The notes under the pieces: model-generated
Told to the model about the DNA's origin: nothing
Database searches by the model: none
Seen by the model: the letters and a program-made list of their open reading frames with translations, nothing else
Assembly (NCBI RefSeq): GCF_002310835.1
Contig: NZ_CP011041.1
Span: forward strand, 630,001-662,000
Reading direction: 5' to 3'
Length of the DNA: 32,000 nucleotides
From: Pseudoalteromonas tetraodonis
GTDB taxonomy: Bacteria; Pseudomonadota; Gammaproteobacteria; Enterobacterales; Alteromonadaceae
Program-made: the position numbers and the translations under genes
Shown here: positions 27,921 to 32,000 of the stretch, piece after piece
How positions within the stretch are numbered: the first letter of the stretch is position 1
Layout of the letters: each line of letters opens with the position of its first letter

Positions 27921-28472
27921 ATGTTAATGGACGCTAATCAGCCAATAACTGATCAAGTGCAGCAAATGCTTATTGATCAAGTTAAAAACGGCGACCAGTT
28001 AGCCTATAAAGCGCTCTATGACATGCATAAAGCAAAAGTTTATGGCTTATGCCTGAGGCTAATTGCCGATGAGGGGCATGCGCAAGATGCAACTCAAGAA
28101 GTATTTGTACAGGTATGGCACAAAATAGCGCAATTTGATGGGCGTTCGCAATTTTCTACCTGGCTTTACAGTGTCACCAGTAATATTGCTATTAGCTATG
28201 TGCGTAAGCAAAAACATTGGCTTAATAAAGTTATTAGCTTTGAACAAAGCGGTATGGATGAGCAATCTGCAAATGACTGCAATGGCTTAAATAGCTTAGA
28301 TAAATTAATCGTTAGGCTGCCTGAGCGCGCAAGAATGGTATTTGTACTGTATGCCGTTGAAGGTTATAGGCATGAAGAAATAGCAACCTTGCTAGGCATG
28401 GCTGTAGGCTCTAGTAAGGCGCAATATCATCGTGCAAGGCAATTATTAAAACAGTGGTACGAAAATGAGTAA
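27921..28472 (+). CDS. ECF (group 4) RNA polymerase sigma-70 family factor
   Basis: Region 2 is AYKALYDMHKAKVYGLCLRL..DA.DATQEVFVQVWHKIAQFDGRSQFSTWLYSVTSN. Region 4 is LPERARMVFVLYAVEGYRHEEIATLLGMAVGSSKAQYHRARQLLK. The ORF track starts at TTG 27885. ATG 27921 is preferred (AGGA 10 nt upstream), but the start is uncertain. Confidence 0.85.
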   Translation: MLMDANQPITDQVQQMLIDQVKNGDQLAYKALYDMHKAKVYGLCLRLIADEGHAQDATQEVFVQVWHKIAQFDGRSQFSTWLYSVTSNIAISYVRKQKHWLNKVISFEQSGMDEQSANDCNGLNSLDKLIVRLPERARMVFVLYAVEGYRHEEIATLLGMAVGSSKAQYHRARQLLKQWYENE

Positions 28473-28944
28473 AACAAATTTTGATGACTACTTAAATGAG
28501 TCGCTAACACAATTAAATAAAAATATAACACCCGATAAAGAGCTCTGGGATGGGATTGAGCGCGCCATAATGACTAATAAGCAGGCAAGTACAGTTAAGA
28601 GTGTAGTTTGGCCGAAGCTAACTGCTATTGCGGCATGTTGTGTGGCTGCTTTGGTTAGCACTATGGTGTTTTTTACATCTCCAGAGACAAATACCGCTGT
28701 GGCGATGAGTGATTTTTTTACTAAGCAAAAACAAAGTTTACTTGTTCAATACCAAAGCCAAGCGGCACTAACAGATAACTGGCAAGTGCAGCTACAAGAA
28801 CTTGAAGATGCTGAGCAGGCTATAAAGCAAACACTTGAAAATGAACCACAAAATAAGGCGCTACTGTCTATGTTAGCGCAAGTATATCAACAACAGCTCG
28901 ACTTAATTAACAAGGTGCATGCACCGCGTTGGCAACAAATCTAG
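28465..28944 (+). CDS. putative single-pass membrane anti-sigma factor
   Basis: It overlaps the sigma gene by 8 nt (ATGAGTAA), suggesting translational coupling. 159 aa: a short cytoplasmic N-terminus, one TM segment (LTAIAACCVAALVSTMVFF) and a Q/L-rich periplasmic tail. There is no zinc HxxxCxxC motif. Function is inferred from position and topology only. Confidence 0.55.
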   Translation: MSKTNFDDYLNESLTQLNKNITPDKELWDGIERAIMTNKQASTVKSVVWPKLTAIAACCVAALVSTMVFFTSPETNTAVAMSDFFTKQKQSLLVQYQSQAALTDNWQVQLQELEDAEQAIKQTLENEPQNKALLSMLAQVYQQQLDLINKVHAPRWQQI

Positions 28945-28953
28945 GAGAAATAA

Positions 28954-29892
28954 ATGAAAGCAATAATACTTGGAATCGCTTTATTACCAATGGCTGTATT
29001 TGCCGGTGAAAAAATAGAACAACAAATTGAAGTACCAAACGGTGGCGTTATTCATATAGAAAATCAGCGCGGCAATGTAAATATTATGGGCTGGGAGAAA
29101 AATCAATTTAAAGTGAGCGGCGAGCTTGATGATAAAGCACAAGGCTACACTCTTAAAACACAGGGTAATAAAACTCAGTTTATTGTAAAAATGCCTGATC
29201 TTTCAAACTGGGATAATAACAATAATGGCTCAACGCTAACTATTTTCATGCCGCAAAGCAGTGCGCTGGAGTATGTTGGGGTTAACGCTTCGGTAACTGC
29301 AAAAGAGTTAAAAAGAGGCACTGAAATTGATGTAGTCAATGGCGCCATTACAGTAAATGATCTTAACGGCGATATTAAGCTTACTAGTGTTAACGGTGAC
29401 ATCAACGCAAAAAACCTCAGTGGTAAAGTGCAATTTGAAACTGTAAATGGCGCAATTGATGATCAGCAATCTAACGGAGAAGTTCGTTTTAATGCGGTTA
29501 ATGGGAATATAAAATCAAACTCGACTGCCAATGATATTCGCTTAGAAAACGTAAACGGTGATATCAATCTTACCTTCGATGCAATCAAAGAGTTACAAAT
29601 AAGCACTGTAAATGGCGAAGTTGAAGTGCGTATTAATCGCCTTTTAAGTGATGCTGATGTAAGTTTTGAATCTGTAAGTGGCAATGCTGAGTTTTACTTT
29701 CCAGCTGATTTATCGGCACAATTTGAAGTGCAAGCCCATGCCGGCGGTAAAATTGACAACCAGCTAACGAGCGACCAAGTGCAAAAAGCCAAATATGGCC
29801 CAGCAAGTGGAATTAAGTTTAATACTAATGGCACCGATGCCAGTGTAGAAATGAATACCATAAGTGGGACGATTGGACTTAAGCGTCAATAA
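28954..29892 (+). CDS. secreted DUF4097 / putative-adhesin-like beta-helix repeat protein
   Basis: AGGAG ribosome-binding site 6 nt upstream. Signal peptide MKAIILGIALLPMAVFAG. The V-N-G-x-I motif recurs about every 19-20 aa (VNGAI, LNGDI, VNGDI, VNGAI, VNGNI, VNGDI, VNGEV, VSGNA, ISGTI). Confidence 0.75.
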   Translation: MKAIILGIALLPMAVFAGEKIEQQIEVPNGGVIHIENQRGNVNIMGWEKNQFKVSGELDDKAQGYTLKTQGNKTQFIVKMPDLSNWDNNNNGSTLTIFMPQSSALEYVGVNASVTAKELKRGTEIDVVNGAITVNDLNGDIKLTSVNGDINAKNLSGKVQFETVNGAIDDQQSNGEVRFNAVNGNIKSNSTANDIRLENVNGDINLTFDAIKELQISTVNGEVEVRINRLLSDADVSFESVSGNAEFYFPADLSAQFEVQAHAGGKIDNQLTSDQVQKAKYGPASGIKFNTNGTDASVEMNTISGTIGLKRQ

Positions 29893-29916
29893 TCATCCAT
29901 TTTATTTTAAGTTACA

Positions 29917-29942
29917 AAAAGCAGGAAAGATTTCCTGCTTTG
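29917..29942 (+). terminator. intrinsic terminator after the ECF cassette
   Basis: AAAAGCAGGAAA-GAT-TTCCTGCTTTG. Confidence 0.7.
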
Positions 29943-30004
29943 CTATTTGCACAGCCCCGCCAAGTCGATAGAATAGAGCCATTCAATTTTAGTACTGTGA
30001 AGTT

Positions 30005-31384
30005 ATGGCCAAACCAGATAAGCAAGTCGACACTCTTAAAGTTCCTCCCCATTCAATAGAAGCTGAACAATCTGTTTTAGGTGGTTTAATGCTTGATAAT
30101 CAAGCATTTGATCGCGTAGCTGAACTTGTTGTGTCACAGGACTTTTATACCCGTACCCATAAGCTTATTTTTGAGGCAATGACAGCACTGGCTGAAATTG
30201 GCGATCCGATTGATTTAATTACTATTTCTGAAAGTTTAGAAAAAAATAATCAGCTTTCAGGGATTGGTGGCTTTGCGTATTTAGCCGAAATAGCTAAAAA
30301 CACCCCAAGTGCTGCTAATATTGATGCTTACGCTAGCATTGTACGCGAGCGTGCAGTTGTGCGTGAAATGATTGGTGTCGCCAATGAAATTGCTGAGGCA
30401 GGCTTTAACCCAGAAGGGCGCACAAGTCACGATTTACTCGACTTTGCTGAGAGCAAAGTATTTAAAATTGCTGAGCAACGTACAAAAAGTAGTGATGGCC
30501 CGCAAAGCATTCACAACATACTTGAAAAAACCGTTGATAAAATAGAAGAGCTTTATCAATCGCCACAAGATGGTGTTACCGGTGTAAGCACAGGTTACGC
30601 TGATTTAGATAAAATGACGACTGGTCTGCAGCCCTCAGATTTAATTATTGTAGCAGCACGTCCATCGATGGGTAAAACTACCTTTGCGATGAACCTTGCT
30701 GAGCATGCAGCAATGACCCAAGACAAGCCTGTACTTATCTACTCACTAGAGATGCCCTCTGAACAAATTATGATGAGGATGCTGGCGTCCCTTGGCCGAA
30801 TTAACCAAACCAAAGTACGTACTGGTCAGCTAGATGACGATGACTGGGCGCGCCTTTCATCAACCATGGGGTTACTCATGGAAAAAGGCAAAATGTATGT
30901 TGATGACGCCTCAGGCTTAACACCCACTGATGTACGTTCACGTGCACGTCGTATTGCCCGCGATCATGGTGGTATTAGTATGATCATGGTCGATTACCTA
31001 CAATTAATGCGCGTACCTAGCTTGTCAGATAATCGTACCTTAGAAATTGCCGAAATTTCACGTTCACTTAAAGCATTAGCAAAAGAATTACAGTGTCCGG
31101 TTGTTGCACTATCGCAGCTTAACCGTACCCTAGAGCAACGTGCTGATAAACGCCCAATTAACTCAGATTTGCGTGAGTCGGGCTCTATTGAGCAAGATGC
31201 CGATTTAATCATGTTTATTTATCGTGACGAAGTATACAACGAAGACAGTACTGATAAAGGTGTTGCAGAAATTATCATCGGTAAACAGCGTAACGGTCCG
31301 ATTGGTAAAGTGCGCCTAACCTTCCAAGGTCAATTCTCTCGCTTTGATAATTACGCGGGGCCTGCTGTAGATGATGATTACTAA
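30005..31384 (+). CDS. dnaB: replicative DNA helicase DnaB
   Basis: 459 aa, highly collinear with E. coli DnaB (LKVPPHSIEAEQSVLGGLMLDN, Walker A ARPSMGKTTFA, SLEMPSEQIMMR, IMVDYLQLM, LSQLNR.LEQRADKRP..SDLRESGSIEQDADLIMFIYRDEVY, GKQRNGPIG). No intein. Confidence 0.96.
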   Translation: MAKPDKQVDTLKVPPHSIEAEQSVLGGLMLDNQAFDRVAELVVSQDFYTRTHKLIFEAMTALAEIGDPIDLITISESLEKNNQLSGIGGFAYLAEIAKNTPSAANIDAYASIVRERAVVREMIGVANEIAEAGFNPEGRTSHDLLDFAESKVFKIAEQRTKSSDGPQSIHNILEKTVDKIEELYQSPQDGVTGVSTGYADLDKMTTGLQPSDLIIVAARPSMGKTTFAMNLAEHAAMTQDKPVLIYSLEMPSEQIMMRMLASLGRINQTKVRTGQLDDDDWARLSSTMGLLMEKGKMYVDDASGLTPTDVRSRARRIARDHGGISMIMVDYLQLMRVPSLSDNRTLEIAEISRSLKALAKELQCPVVALSQLNRTLEQRADKRPINSDLRESGSIEQDADLIMFIYRDEVYNEDSTDKGVAEIIIGKQRNGPIGKVRLTFQGQFSRFDNYAGPAVDDDY

Positions 31385-32000
31385 TGCGCTTAGCTATTGC
31401 CGAAATTAACTTACAAGCACTTGCTCATAATTTAGCGCAAGTGCGACAGTTTGCGCCTAACAGTAAAGTTATGGCGGTATTAAAAGCCAATGCTTATGGC
31501 CATGGTTTAGTTAAAATAGCGCAGCACCTTAATGATGCCGACGCATTTGCAGTGGCACGAATAGATGAAGCGCTCGCACTTCGAGCAGGCGGGCTGACCA
31601 AGCCTATTGTGTTGTTGGAAGGTTTTTTCCATCAAGATGACTTGCCGATTTTATTAGCCAATAACTTTCAAACCATAATCCATGATGAAAACCAGCTCAG
31701 AGCACTTGAAAATGCAAAGCTCGATGCACCAATCAGTTGCTGGTTAAAAATCAATACGGGTATGCATCGTTTAGGGGTTGCACCAACGCAATTGAATGAT
31801 TTTTATCAGCGCTTGCAAGCGACTAATAACGCTAAAGATACAATCAATTTAATGACGCACTTTTCCAGTGCCGATGATGTTAATGATCCCAAAACAGCTG
31901 AGCAAATTGCTTTGTTTGATTCATTAGTGCAAGGCAAACAACAAGCACATTGTTTAGCAAATTCGGCCGGTATTATTGCTTGGCCTGCCGGTCATGGCGA
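31384..32000 (+). CDS. alr: alanine racemase (5' part, runs off the right edge)
   Basis: Not in the ORF track because it is open-ended. The ATG overlaps the dnaB stop (TAATG). Reads MRLAIAEINLQALAHNLAQVRQFAPNSKVMAVLKANAYGHG..., with the PLP-lysine motif VLKANAYGHG. dnaB-alr adjacency matches E. coli. Confidence 0.88.
   Translation, partial: MRLAIAEINLQALAHNLAQVRQFAPNSKVMAVLKANAYGHGLVKIAQHLNDADAFAVARIDEALALRAGGLTKPIVLLEGFFHQDDLPILLANNFQTIIHDENQLRALENAKLDAPISCWLKINTGMHRLGVAPTQLNDFYQRLQATNNAKDTINLMTHFSSADDVNDPKTAEQIALFDSLVQGKQQAHCLANSAGIIAWPAGHG

Overview
This window reads as ordinary core chromosome of an AT-rich marine gammaproteobacterium. Gene content and order look Alteromonadales/Pseudoalteromonas-like, but that assignment is inference only. 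Almost every long ORF has a clear housekeeping identity. In order: folE2, arcB/arcA (convergent), an orphan sensor kinase, trmB-rsmC, mutY-yggX and a large hybrid sensor kinase. Then come a tRNA array (Phe-Thr-Phe-Thr-Phe), an OMF-MFP-RND efflux operon and 6S RNA (ssrS, found by eye on the minus strand). These are followed by ygfB-pepP-ubiH-ubiI, a secreted esterase, rpsF-priB-rpsR-rplI, an ECF sigma/anti-sigma/DUF4097 cassette, dnaB and the 5' part of alr. I see no CRISPR array, transposase, integrase, prophage, toxin-antitoxin pair or recognisable defence genes, and I do not claim a novel multi-gene system here. The items most worth a second look are: (1) a (CCCCGAA)n heptanucleotide microsatellite with strong G-quadruplex potential just upstream of the rpsF promoter; (2) the ECF sigma cassette wedged between rplI and dnaB, with an ECF-type promoter; (3) a degenerate tRNA-Phe relic between a strong promoter and the tandem tRNA array; (4) 6S RNA without its usual zapA/ygfA neighbours, abutting the RND operon; (5) arcB and arcA converging with 7 bp between stop codons, and ArcB lacking one of the two redox cysteines known from E. 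coli. All short antisense ORFs in the track look like shadow ORFs.
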